A stretch of DNA of 31,768 bases, from IMG/VR virus record IMGVR_UViG_3300002220_000467; one strand, written 5' to 3'. Below the pieces are notes generated by a model, which was not told the DNA's origin, searched no databases, and was given only the letters and a program-made list of their open reading frames with translations. This DNA comes from a virus. Shown in pieces: positions 1 through 7,228 of this stretch (the stretch's first letter is position 1; every line of letters begins with the position of its first letter). The translations under genes were made by a program, and so were the position numbers.

Positions 1-1983
1 GAATCCCGGAAATTCCGAGCCCTGATGATCAATTACTTTGGAGCTAGGAACCGGCTAGGGAAGCTGGATTTTGAGACAGCGCAACGTCTCAGTCGCAACA
101 CCATCCTGAGAGAACGAGTGACTATCCCCAGGTGGCGGCAAAATATACCCTTGGTGCCGGGTGTTGGACTGGCTGGTGATGTGGTATTCAGGCTGGCTCA
201 ACAAACACCAGCCATGGTTTGTGATGGTGACATTGGCGCGGCCAAAGAGCTTTTCAGAGATATGCTGAAGCTACGCCGGTATTCGTCATTGCTTCTTACC
301 ACCATCCTGGGGGCTCCGGTCTTTGCCCGGTGGTTCAAGAACGATCGGATCGGGATCGCCCTATGGGGCAAGACTGGCAGCAACAAAACCACTATCGCTC
401 AATTGTTCACGGCCATATATGGCCTTGGATACCTGGATGATCGGACCCTTCTGAAGCATGGCAAGCTTGGAGGCACCCAGGTTGGGGCTATGGAAGCTCT
501 GTTGAACGCCGGGATTTTGCCGCGCATATTGGATAATGTCAAAGCCACGGATGCGAAGGACGCTTTGGCCTATATAGCCATCATCCAGGCCATTATGGAG
601 GGAGGAGAAAAGCTCCGGGGTAAAAGGGAAGGGGGCCTTCGGACAACAAACGAGTTCCTAGTCACCCCCATAGTGACAGGGGAGATCAAAGTATCTGAGG
701 CAAGCACATCAGCCAGGATACTCAATTTGACCTGGGAAAAAAGCCAGGATATGGCCAATCTAACGAGTATCCAATCGAGGGTAAAATATCTGCCAGTGAT
801 TGGTTATCATTGGCTCAGATACCTTGCAGCTAATACCCATGATCTGAGGCAGGGTTTTGAACAGAAGAGATCGGAGATGGCAACCAGTTATGCTGCCAAA
901 GGCTATGTCAATCCAGGCAGGCTGGCTAACATCTACTGCTTGCTCAGAGGTATATGGACCTTGATTGAGAACGGGCCTTTTGGTGAAGAGGCTAAAGAAT
1001 TTCATGATGAATTCCTAAATGCCCTTAATGAGGCAATAGAGGCCCAAGGGCTAGAGGTGACATCAGAGACCGAGCTAGCTAGATTTCTAAACGCTGTGCG
1101 GAATTTACGGGCTTCTAGGCCCGATTTGTTCATAATCGGGGGGTTGCCAAACAGCTCGGATCGGATTATAGGCAGGGAGAACGAACTCGGGCTATTTCTT
1201 CTGCCAGAAGAGACTTTGGGGCTGCTGAAGCAGATGGGCGTGTTCACCCAGGTTCCCTCGGAGAACAGCATCACCAAGGCTCTGAAGGAGGAGGGATATC
1301 TCAGAGAGATCAAAGACCGTCGTAGGCTTAACATCACCAAGATCAATGGTATCAAGGTCTCCGGTTGGTGGCTGAAACCGGATTGGGATGATGATCTTCC
1401 TGAAGTAGATGAAGCGTCCCACAAACCTCGTGGGACGGAGCCCTCCCCATGGGAACCAAAATCGATATCATTAGGCGGCAGTCCCACAAAACCCACATTT
1501 TCAGAGAAAAGCAAAACTTATAGGGGGGTGGGGGGAGGAAACGAGGAAAAAACATATGATAGAAATGTGTGGGACAGTGGGTCTAATAGAATAGAATATA
1601 GTAATAATACATCTATAGATACTGATTATAATAGTACCACTACCTGTCCCGCTTCGGTCTCATTAGTCCCAACGGAAGAAAAATCGATATCAATCGAGCC
1701 TACAGAAGATAACGATGAGGCTAAAGGTAGCGATTTATCGCAATCTATTAAAATGAAAATATGGGAAAACGTAGGTTATGCTCTGAAGAAGTGCCCGAGG
1801 AAGGACAAAGAGAGCAATAGGACAGGCATAATTCTTGATGACGTTATCAGCGCAGGGCTGGACGCCCGGAGAGCAGAAGAGCTTCTGAGAGCGACTGGAT
1901 GGGAAAGCAGCGAGGCGGAAGCCAGCGGCTTGAAGATCTGGTGGGCACCTGAGAAGGTTCTCCGGGCTTATGGATTGGCTTAG
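1..1983 (+). CDS. DUF927-like / primase-associated replicative helicase, 5'-truncated at the window edge
   Basis: Frame is open from base 1 (ESRKFRAL precedes the Met at 25). Walker A-like GKTGSNKTT, Walker B-like RILDNVK, GEKLRGKREGGLR and PIVTGE motifs typical of DUF927/Cch-type AAA+ helicases. A disordered linker and a small C-terminal domain follow. Confidence 0.65.
   Translation, partial: ESRKFRALMINYFGARNRLGKLDFETAQRLSRNTILRERVTIPRWRQNIPLVPGVGLAGDVVFRLAQQTPAMVCDGDIGAAKELFRDMLKLRRYSSLLLTTILGAPVFARWFKNDRIGIALWGKTGSNKTTIAQLFTAIYGLGYLDDRTLLKHGKLGGTQVGAMEALLNAGILPRILDNVKATDAKDALAYIAIIQAIMEGGEKLRGKREGGLRTTNEFLVTPIVTGEIKVSEASTSARILNLTWEKSQDMANLTSIQSRVKYLPVIGYHWLRYLAANTHDLRQGFEQKRSEMATSYAAKGYVNPGRLANIYCLLRGIWTLIENGPFGEEAKEFHDEFLNALNEAIEAQGLEVTSETELARFLNAVRNLRASRPDLFIIGGLPNSSDRIIGRENELGLFLLPEETLGLLKQMGVFTQVPSENSITKALKEEGYLREIKDRRRLNITKINGIKVSGWWLKPDWDDDLPEVDEASHKPRGTEPSPWEPKSISLGGSPTKPTFSEKSKTYRGVGGGNEEKTYDRNVWDSGSNRIEYSNNTSIDTDYNSTTTCPASVSLVPTEEKSISIEPTEDNDEAKGSDLSQSIKMKIWENVGYALKKCPRKDKESNRTGIILDDVISAGLDARRAEELLRATGWESSEAEASGLKIWWAPEKVLRAYGLA
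1415..1692. repeat. GTCCCAC iteron-like array with AT-rich core (candidate replication origin)
   Basis: GTCCCAC at 1416 and 1481, its inverse GTGGGAC at 1430 and 1569, degenerate copies at 1634, 1645 and 1666. 13-bp direct repeat AAAATCGATATCA at 1458 and 1680. AT-rich tract at about 1583-1633. Confidence 0.6.
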
Positions 1984-2044
1984 ATGGAGGTGAACGAAAA
2001 AGTATCCTCCGGCCCGACTGGAGGATTAAGGAAGTGAAAGAGAA

Positions 2045-2536
2045 ATGGCAGATGCATTTGTGTCAATGCTGGAAGAGATGGAAGCCGAAAGCAAGAAAGG
2101 CGGGGCCTTCTTCAAGATGGAACCGACTGACGAGAAGCGGATCGTGATTCTAACCGATCCGGAGAAAGGCATCAGCAACTTCGATAGACCAGGTGCGGAT
2201 GGGATGATCACCACGCCAGACGGCAAGAAGAGACCGCCTAGAACCATATTCAGGATGAAGGTGATGGTGGAAGGCACCAAGGATGAGCTGATTTGGGAGT
2301 TTGGTCACAGATCGATTATGCAACAGCTGGTCGCTATAGCCAAGCAGAATCGCCTGCAAACCTTCCGGGGTGCTCATCTCCTGGTCAAGACCTCGGGGAC
2401 GGATAACAAGAACCGGGCTTGGTTCTTGATGATGACCAGCCCACCGCAGGCTGCACCTGCGCAAGCACCTTCTCCGGCTTCGGTGCTGCCAGAGGGACAG
2501 AACTGGCTGGAATCTCAGAGGGTGGGGGCTCTGTAA
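2045..2536 (+). CDS. Putative single-stranded DNA-binding protein (OB-fold-like)
   Basis: 163 aa with FFKM...RIVIL beta-rich N-terminus and Pro/Ala-rich flexible tail; lies directly after the helicase; purine-rich RBS upstream. Confidence 0.4.
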   Translation: MADAFVSMLEEMEAESKKGGAFFKMEPTDEKRIVILTDPEKGISNFDRPGADGMITTPDGKKRPPRTIFRMKVMVEGTKDELIWEFGHRSIMQQLVAIAKQNRLQTFRGAHLLVKTSGTDNKNRAWFLMMTSPPQAAPAQAPSPASVLPEGQNWLESQRVGAL

Positions 2537-2593
2537 GGCCCCTCACCTTCTCTGAGCTACCTAATCCCAAAATAAGGAGGTCTAAACAAGGGA

Positions 2594-2815
2594 ATGGTGC
2601 GGAACGTTCGAAGTGGCAGGAAATGCAAAGTCAGGATTCCTGGTCATAAGAAGGGTGAACCGCGTGTTAAGGTGAGCAGAGAGGACTATCCAAAGCTGGT
2701 TGCTATGGCCGATGCAGGACATTTTTATTCGGAAATAGCTAAAGAATTCGGGATATGCAGGGATACAGCAGCAAGGATAATCAGGACGTGGAGGCGTGAA
2801 AACGGCATCATGTAA
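2594..2815 (+). CDS. Helix-turn-helix DNA-binding protein
   Basis: YSEIAKEFGICRDTAARII is a classic HTH pattern. Confidence 0.7.
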   Translation: MVRNVRSGRKCKVRIPGHKKGEPRVKVSREDYPKLVAMADAGHFYSEIAKEFGICRDTAARIIRTWRRENGIM

Positions 2816-3146
2816 AGCTAAAGGCCGCCGCCTTCAGAACACGGTGGCCGCTATGATCAGGGAGAAGTTCAGTCTTCCTGAGGAGGATGTACGACCAGTT
2901 CCAATGAGTAGCGAGGGAGCGGATATCCAGCTCTCTAAAAGAGCTAGACTGATATTTCCCTTTGCGGTGGAGTGCAAGAATCAAGAACGTTTGAACATAT
3001 GGGAAGCGATCAAGCAAGCCAAGAAGCATGGTGATAATACTTGCTTGACCCCGCTGGTAGTATTCACACGCAATAGGGAAGACGTCTATGTATCGCTACC
3101 ACTGGAAGATTTTATGGATCTTTTGGTAATATGCGCGGCAGATTGA
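2796..3146 (+). CDS. Holliday junction resolvase, PD-(D/E)XK (Hjc-like) family
   Basis: KAKGRRLQ (catalytic E-equivalent helix), GADI, and AVECKNQE motifs; GTG start. Confidence 0.8.
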   Translation: MKTASCKAKGRRLQNTVAAMIREKFSLPEEDVRPVPMSSEGADIQLSKRARLIFPFAVECKNQERLNIWEAIKQAKKHGDNTCLTPLVVFTRNREDVYVSLPLEDFMDLLVICAAD

Positions 3147-3370
3147 GATATACCGCCTTGGAAGTGTTGAAATTGCTCCCGGAAAAGCCCTTTCTGGCAT
3201 CAGAACTGGAAACTCCTGTTCCAGGAGCTACTCTCCGGTATCTGATGGAAAAGGGTTGTATTGCTCCGGTGGGTCGGGGCGGCATTAAAAAGCGATATTG
3301 GATTTGGAGGTTAACAGATATCGGTAAATGGCATAAGAGGCGAGGAGCATGGCGAGCACAAAATTGTTGA
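3131..3370 (+). CDS. Small hypothetical protein, possible winged-helix
   Basis: 79 aa overlapping its neighbours; LRYLMEKGCIAPV..YWIWRLTDIG resembles a wHTH wing. Confidence 0.5.
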   Translation: MRGRLRYTALEVLKLLPEKPFLASELETPVPGATLRYLMEKGCIAPVGRGGIKKRYWIWRLTDIGKWHKRRGAWRAQNC

Positions 3371-3567
3371 TGGATACGCTGAAGTACATGCCAGTGGGTA
3401 GAACCATTACAGTGCCTGAACTGGAATATAGAACAGGTCGATACGGCTCTAATCTGAGACGGGTTCTTGATGACCTTTTGGAGCTGAAGATTATCAAGAA
3501 GATAAACATAGATGAGACAGGCAAAAAAGGCAGTCGTCTCCGGGTGGCCTATATCCGTCAAATATAA
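3349..3567 (+). CDS. Small winged-helix-like DNA-binding protein
   Basis: ITVPELEYRTG...LRRVLDDLLELKII pattern; sits in a translationally coupled operon. Confidence 0.55.
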   Translation: MASTKLLMDTLKYMPVGRTITVPELEYRTGRYGSNLRRVLDDLLELKIIKKINIDETGKKGSRLRVAYIRQI

Positions 3568-3584
3568 TGGATCAAATACAGACC

Positions 3585-3610
3585 AAAAGGTGTTTAATAG
3601 TATAATATAA
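3585..3610 (+). promoter_or_regulatory. Probable promoter (BRE/TATA-like)
   Basis: AT-rich intergenic gap containing CAAAAGG followed by TTTAATA and TATAAT, about 25-35 bp before the ATG at 3626. Confidence 0.45.
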
Positions 3611-3625
3611 TTGTGGGTATGAAGG

Positions 3626-3979
3626 ATGGCCGGGTTGGATAAAAGTCTCGCAAAGCTTAGTCCGACGAGGTTTGTCCTGGCGTCTGAGCAAGCATCCGAA
3701 AAGGATGAACTCGCAGACCAGATGCCAGGGGTATCGACCTATCCGGGCACGCCAACCAGAGGGGGTTGGGTGCCCGTTCTTCTAAAAGCTCAATCGCATA
3801 GCAGACCTATAGTTATTGATTGGATCTGTCCTATGTGCAAGAGGCTTACAGGGCATTCTCGGGTATGTCCAAAGTGCGGGCTAAGTATCAAGGAAACGCC
3901 ACGTAGAAAAATGCGACCGATACCAAGATCCTTGAAGATTGATCGTTATCGTAAGTGGGCGAATGAAATCTTTGGTTAA
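3626..3979 (+). CDS. Zn-ribbon hypothetical protein
   Basis: CPMC...CPKC; basic C-terminus. Confidence 0.6.
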   Translation: MAGLDKSLAKLSPTRFVLASEQASEKDELADQMPGVSTYPGTPTRGGWVPVLLKAQSHSRPIVIDWICPMCKRLTGHSRVCPKCGLSIKETPRRKMRPIPRSLKIDRYRKWANEIFG

Positions 3980-3984
3980 GGAGC

Positions 3985-4167
3985 ATGCTATTCAAAGGGT
4001 ATCCACCGGAGAGGAGGGCGGATACAGAACCGCCCATTCTGGCCGGGCCTGCTCGCCCTCCGATCGATGATTGGCATGCTCCTTTGCCGAATCTTTACCT
4101 TATGCTTGCTGAAGAGCAAGGCTGTATAGAAGTCGAAAATGGAAAATTTCGACGATCGATCCCATGA
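3985..4167 (+). CDS. Small hypothetical protein (60 aa)
   Basis: GGAG RBS immediately upstream; fills the gap before a terminator hairpin. Confidence 0.5.
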   Translation: MLFKGYPPERRADTEPPILAGPARPPIDDWHAPLPNLYLMLAEEQGCIEVENGKFRRSIP

Positions 4168-4169
4168 TC

Positions 4170-4192
4170 GGGGTGGGGAAACCTGCCCCTTT
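4170..4192 (+). terminator. GAAA-tetraloop hairpin followed by T-rich tract
   Basis: GGGGTGGG-GAAA-CCTGCCCC: 8 bp including two G-U pairs, then TTT and a T-rich region. Confidence 0.5.
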
Positions 4193-4227
4193 CACGATTA
4201 TCTATTTTTATTCTTAACCCTTAAAAG

Positions 4228-5643
4228 GTGATTATTATATCAGTCGGTGAAGCTTTTCGGAACCATTACAGGGATGAGGAGCCTAGCGAACAGGTTGATC
4301 TCCAGGGGCAACCTCTCTATAAGGCCCTGGCGGATGCGATACCTGTATATTGTGCACATGAAAAAATTATAGATATAATAGAGGCTATCCCTAATCCCAG
4401 GAACCCTAATCAGCACCCTGATTCCCAAATAGAGCTGCTGGCTAGGATAATCAAAGCCCAGGGCTGGAGGAATCCCATAGTTATCAGCAAGCTCTCTGGG
4501 TTCATCACCAAGGGCCATGGCCGCCTCCTGGCTGCTCAGAAGCTGGGAGTTAAGCAAATACCAGTCGATTACCAGGACTATGCCAATCCTGCGGCAGAAT
4601 GGGCCGATATCATAGCAGATAACAAGATAGCAGAGCTGGCTACACCAGATAACAAGCTCATCAAGGAGATCCTGGATGAGATCAGGGGCGATATTGACCT
4701 GGACCTTACTGGCTATGCAGGCGTCCAGATGGACCAGCTCCTTAAGGACATTAAGAAGCATGATGATAAATTCAGACCTGGTGAGACCAATAGCCGCCCC
4801 AAGATCGATTTCATAGAGGACGAGAAGAGGGCCCTGGAGGTGCCTGCTGAGGATGCCCATCTATTCGAGGGTAAGAAGAATGTGGTGGTCATATTCTCGG
4901 GCGGCATAGATAGCACCTTTTCATTGTTTTGGGCCAAACAGAACTTCGGTGATCGCAGGGTGATAGGGATCTTCTCAGACCCTGGCGTAGAGCTGCCAGG
5001 TGCGGCTTTGCATGCTTATCAGGTCTGCATGTACCTGGAGGTTGAGTTCGTCCTGGTCAAGCCCAAGAGCGATATGTTCATTGAGATGGTTAAGAGAGGG
5101 GGATGGCCTAGCACCATATTCCCGTGGTGCCAGAGCGATTTCGTTTATGGTCCTATCAATGACTGGATTCTAGCCAACCTGGAAGCGCATGAGACCGTAG
5201 TCATGGATGGCAGCTCTGGTGATCAGGTCACCAGGCTATCCAAGAAAACCAAGACCTCCAAGAGCACCGAGAAAAGGATGCATGAGTACGCATATTATCA
5301 TCCTCGCTATGACGTCTCAAGGGAAGCATCCGAGAAGATCCTGAAGCATGCCGGTGTACCATTCTGGTGGGGCTATGAGATGGGCGCTAAGAGAACCGCC
5401 TGCTGGATGTGCCCTGGCATGAAAGGAGAGCAGGCTTTGTTCATCCAGGAGCGTTTCCCAGGGCTGGCTGATTATGTCCGCAAGATGGAGAAGTACATGG
5501 GAAAGCCCCTAGAGCAGATGAATGACAAGAGCTTTGATATGAAGGTCGAGATCGGAAAGAGACAGGCGGCCCGACGCGCCAAAGGCGAAGCACTGGAGGC
5601 AGAGGAAGATTATAAGATAGTGGCTGACGCGCAGGATAGCTAA
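4228..5643 (+). CDS. ParB-like N-terminal domain fused to PP-loop / PAPS-reductase-family domain
   Basis: N-terminus PNPRNPNQHP..QGWRNPIVIS..GHGRLLAA..ADN is ParB/Srx-like. C-terminus has SGGIDS (4897-4914), DPGVELP, WPSTIFPWCQ and RTACWMCP (CxxC at 5401-5412). Start codon uncertain. Confidence 0.8.
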   Translation: MIIISVGEAFRNHYRDEEPSEQVDLQGQPLYKALADAIPVYCAHEKIIDIIEAIPNPRNPNQHPDSQIELLARIIKAQGWRNPIVISKLSGFITKGHGRLLAAQKLGVKQIPVDYQDYANPAAEWADIIADNKIAELATPDNKLIKEILDEIRGDIDLDLTGYAGVQMDQLLKDIKKHDDKFRPGETNSRPKIDFIEDEKRALEVPAEDAHLFEGKKNVVVIFSGGIDSTFSLFWAKQNFGDRRVIGIFSDPGVELPGAALHAYQVCMYLEVEFVLVKPKSDMFIEMVKRGGWPSTIFPWCQSDFVYGPINDWILANLEAHETVVMDGSSGDQVTRLSKKTKTSKSTEKRMHEYAYYHPRYDVSREASEKILKHAGVPFWWGYEMGAKRTACWMCPGMKGEQALFIQERFPGLADYVRKMEKYMGKPLEQMNDKSFDMKVEIGKRQAARRAKGEALEAEEDYKIVADAQDS

Positions 5644-5660
5644 GCCCAATCGCTAAGTTA

Positions 5661-6440
5661 ATGAAGAAAGGAATTACATTTTGGGTTATGCCTAAAAGAG
5701 AATTTTATCCCAGAGAACGTCTATTAAAAAAGGAGATGTTATTTGGTTACGATCCAGAGAGCGCTAATTCTACTCTGTTTGAAGCTCGATCAATGGATGA
5801 AGTGGCGTTCCTTTATTATCAATGGGATTATTATGCCGTTGGCTATTATTATGCCGCTGATCTAATCGTCAATAATGCTTTAGATGCAACTCTTAGAGGT
5901 GAGGATCGGCAGCGTATAAATGTTGAAAAATATCATATTCTTATTGATAGAATCGATATTGTAGTTTTTCCCGTCATTTTCCTTTACAGGCAGTATCTAG
6001 AGACTAGGTTAAAAACAATGATAATTAAAGACAATATAATAAACAAACTAGAATCTGGGGAAGCTATTGATATAAATCTGTTATTAAGTAAAAAGGATAC
6101 TAATCATAAACTTGATGTTTTATGGAAAAAATGCAAAGAAATAATAAAAAAGAATTATAACGAACAGGGCATTGATACTAATGATGAAATAGAATTGAAT
6201 GTTATGGAGGAGTACATAGAGGAATACAAAAATTTAGATGGAAGTTCATATACTTTTAGATATCCTGTGAATACGAATGGTGAACTTCATCATCTTGATA
6301 TTCCCCAAATTAATCTCAAAAAACTAAGCGAAATTATGAAGAATATTTTCGACTATCTTGAATTTTATAAAGATTGCCAAAATGGTTCTATAGATTACTA
6401 CATGTATGATCGTATAGATTACTACATGTATGATCGGTAA
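5661..6440 (+). CDS. AT-rich HEPN-like protein (probable accessory gene / moron)
   Basis: GYYYAAD..FPVIFLYRQYLETRLK..HKLDVLW..DGSSYTFRYP follows the HEPN ExxLK / HxL / RYP pattern; visibly much lower GC than its flanks. Confidence 0.55.
   Translation: MKKGITFWVMPKREFYPRERLLKKEMLFGYDPESANSTLFEARSMDEVAFLYYQWDYYAVGYYYAADLIVNNALDATLRGEDRQRINVEKYHILIDRIDIVVFPVIFLYRQYLETRLKTMIIKDNIINKLESGEAIDINLLLSKKDTNHKLDVLWKKCKEIIKKNYNEQGIDTNDEIELNVMEEYIEEYKNLDGSSYTFRYPVNTNGELHHLDIPQINLKKLSEIMKNIFDYLEFYKDCQNGSIDYYMYDRIDYYMYDR
6389..6436 (+). repeat. Perfect 24-bp tandem duplication
   Basis: TATAGATTACTACATGTATGATCG occurs twice (6389-6412, 6413-6436), giving IDYYMYDR twice. Confidence 0.95.
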
Positions 6441-6442
6441 CA

Positions 6443-6461
6443 GAGGCGGTTATTCCGCCTC
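6443..6461. terminator. Hairpin between convergent genes, probable bidirectional terminator
   Basis: GAGGCGG-TTATT-CCGCCTC, a perfect 7-bp stem; the minus-strand stop codon lies in the loop. Confidence 0.55.
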
Positions 6462-6839
6462 CTTCTTTGCAGTCTTCTTACCACGCGAGAGAGGTCTTGC
6501 ACCGGATACAAGAGAGGCTAACCCATCTCTCAGGGCTTCCGCTACTTGCTCTTTCACTATATCGGCTAGGGAATCGGCTATAATCTCTTTGATTTGCCCT
6601 TCAATACGCTTATTCCACTTATCCTCGAACTTGACCACGAAGGCCCTGCCATTCCAATGGGATATTGTATCTTCAACGAGCCCAGGCAGATCCTCCTTAA
6701 GCTTCTCTTGCATATACTCGACCGCTCGGGATTCCATATACTGATCCAATACATCCCGGCAGACCGAGCACACGGAAGGTTCGCCTTTGACGGCATTTGC
6801 GGGCAATACGTGTTTGCCACAGAATATACAGGAGGGCAT
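6450..6839 (-). CDS. Zn-finger + helical hypothetical protein
   Basis: CIFC...CSVC; helical middle; basic tail; GGAGGTG RBS upstream. Confidence 0.7.
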   Translation of the reverse strand: MPSCIFCGKHVLPANAVKGEPSVCSVCRDVLDQYMESRAVEYMQEKLKEDLPGLVEDTISHWNGRAFVVKFEDKWNKRIEGQIKEIIADSLADIVKEQVAEALRDGLASLVSGARPLSRGKKTAKKEAE

Positions 6840-6959
6840 TTACTGCACCTCCTTGGGTAGCCATCGGCGCTGTCTCTCTAGTACGATCTTCACCAGGGCT
6901 TTGTAAGCTGGACTGTCTCTGTCCAGGGGCTTGGAGCACTTCTTCGCTTTGCGAGACAT
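6840..6959 (-). CDS. Small basic protein, 39 aa (not in ORF track)
   Basis: Translated by hand: MSRKAKKCSKPLDRDSPAYKALVKIVLERQRRWLPKEVQ. GGAGG RBS 8 nt upstream; TAAATG coupling on both sides. Confidence 0.65.
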   Translation of the reverse strand: MSRKAKKCSKPLDRDSPAYKALVKIVLERQRRWLPKEVQ

Positions 6960-7130
6960 TTAAGCTACCTCCACGCAATCCATAAGCACTATCTCAACTA
7001 CAGTTTGCTCGGCCTCTGCCAGATCTCCGACAACCATAAGCTCGGCCATTCTCTCGGTCTCTGCCGGAGCGGATTCCATAAACACGCCTCTTTCCAGGGT
7101 AGTAACCTCGAACTTCCACAGATATTGCAT
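6960..7130 (-). CDS. Small acidic protein, 56 aa (not in ORF track)
   Basis: Translated by hand: MQYLWKFEVTTLERGVFMESAPAETERMAELMVVGDLAEAEQTVVEIVLMDCVEVA. Its stop abuts the next ATG. Confidence 0.6.
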   Translation of the reverse strand: MQYLWKFEVTTLERGVFMESAPAETERMAELMVVGDLAEAEQTVVEIVLMDCVEVA

Positions 7131-7228
7131 TTTACTTCACATCCCAGAGCGGCTTACACGCCGCCCCTAGTACCTTATAGGCCCGTTTGCGACGTTTTAC
7201 TATCGGTCTACTGATAGCGAAAAATAGT

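Noticed and set aside
4228-5643. Annotation as an ordinary sulfate-assimilation cysH auxiliary gene
   Set aside because: The ParB fusion, altered CC and GxRxxES motifs, and position next to terS fit DNA-modification loci better. Not formally excluded.
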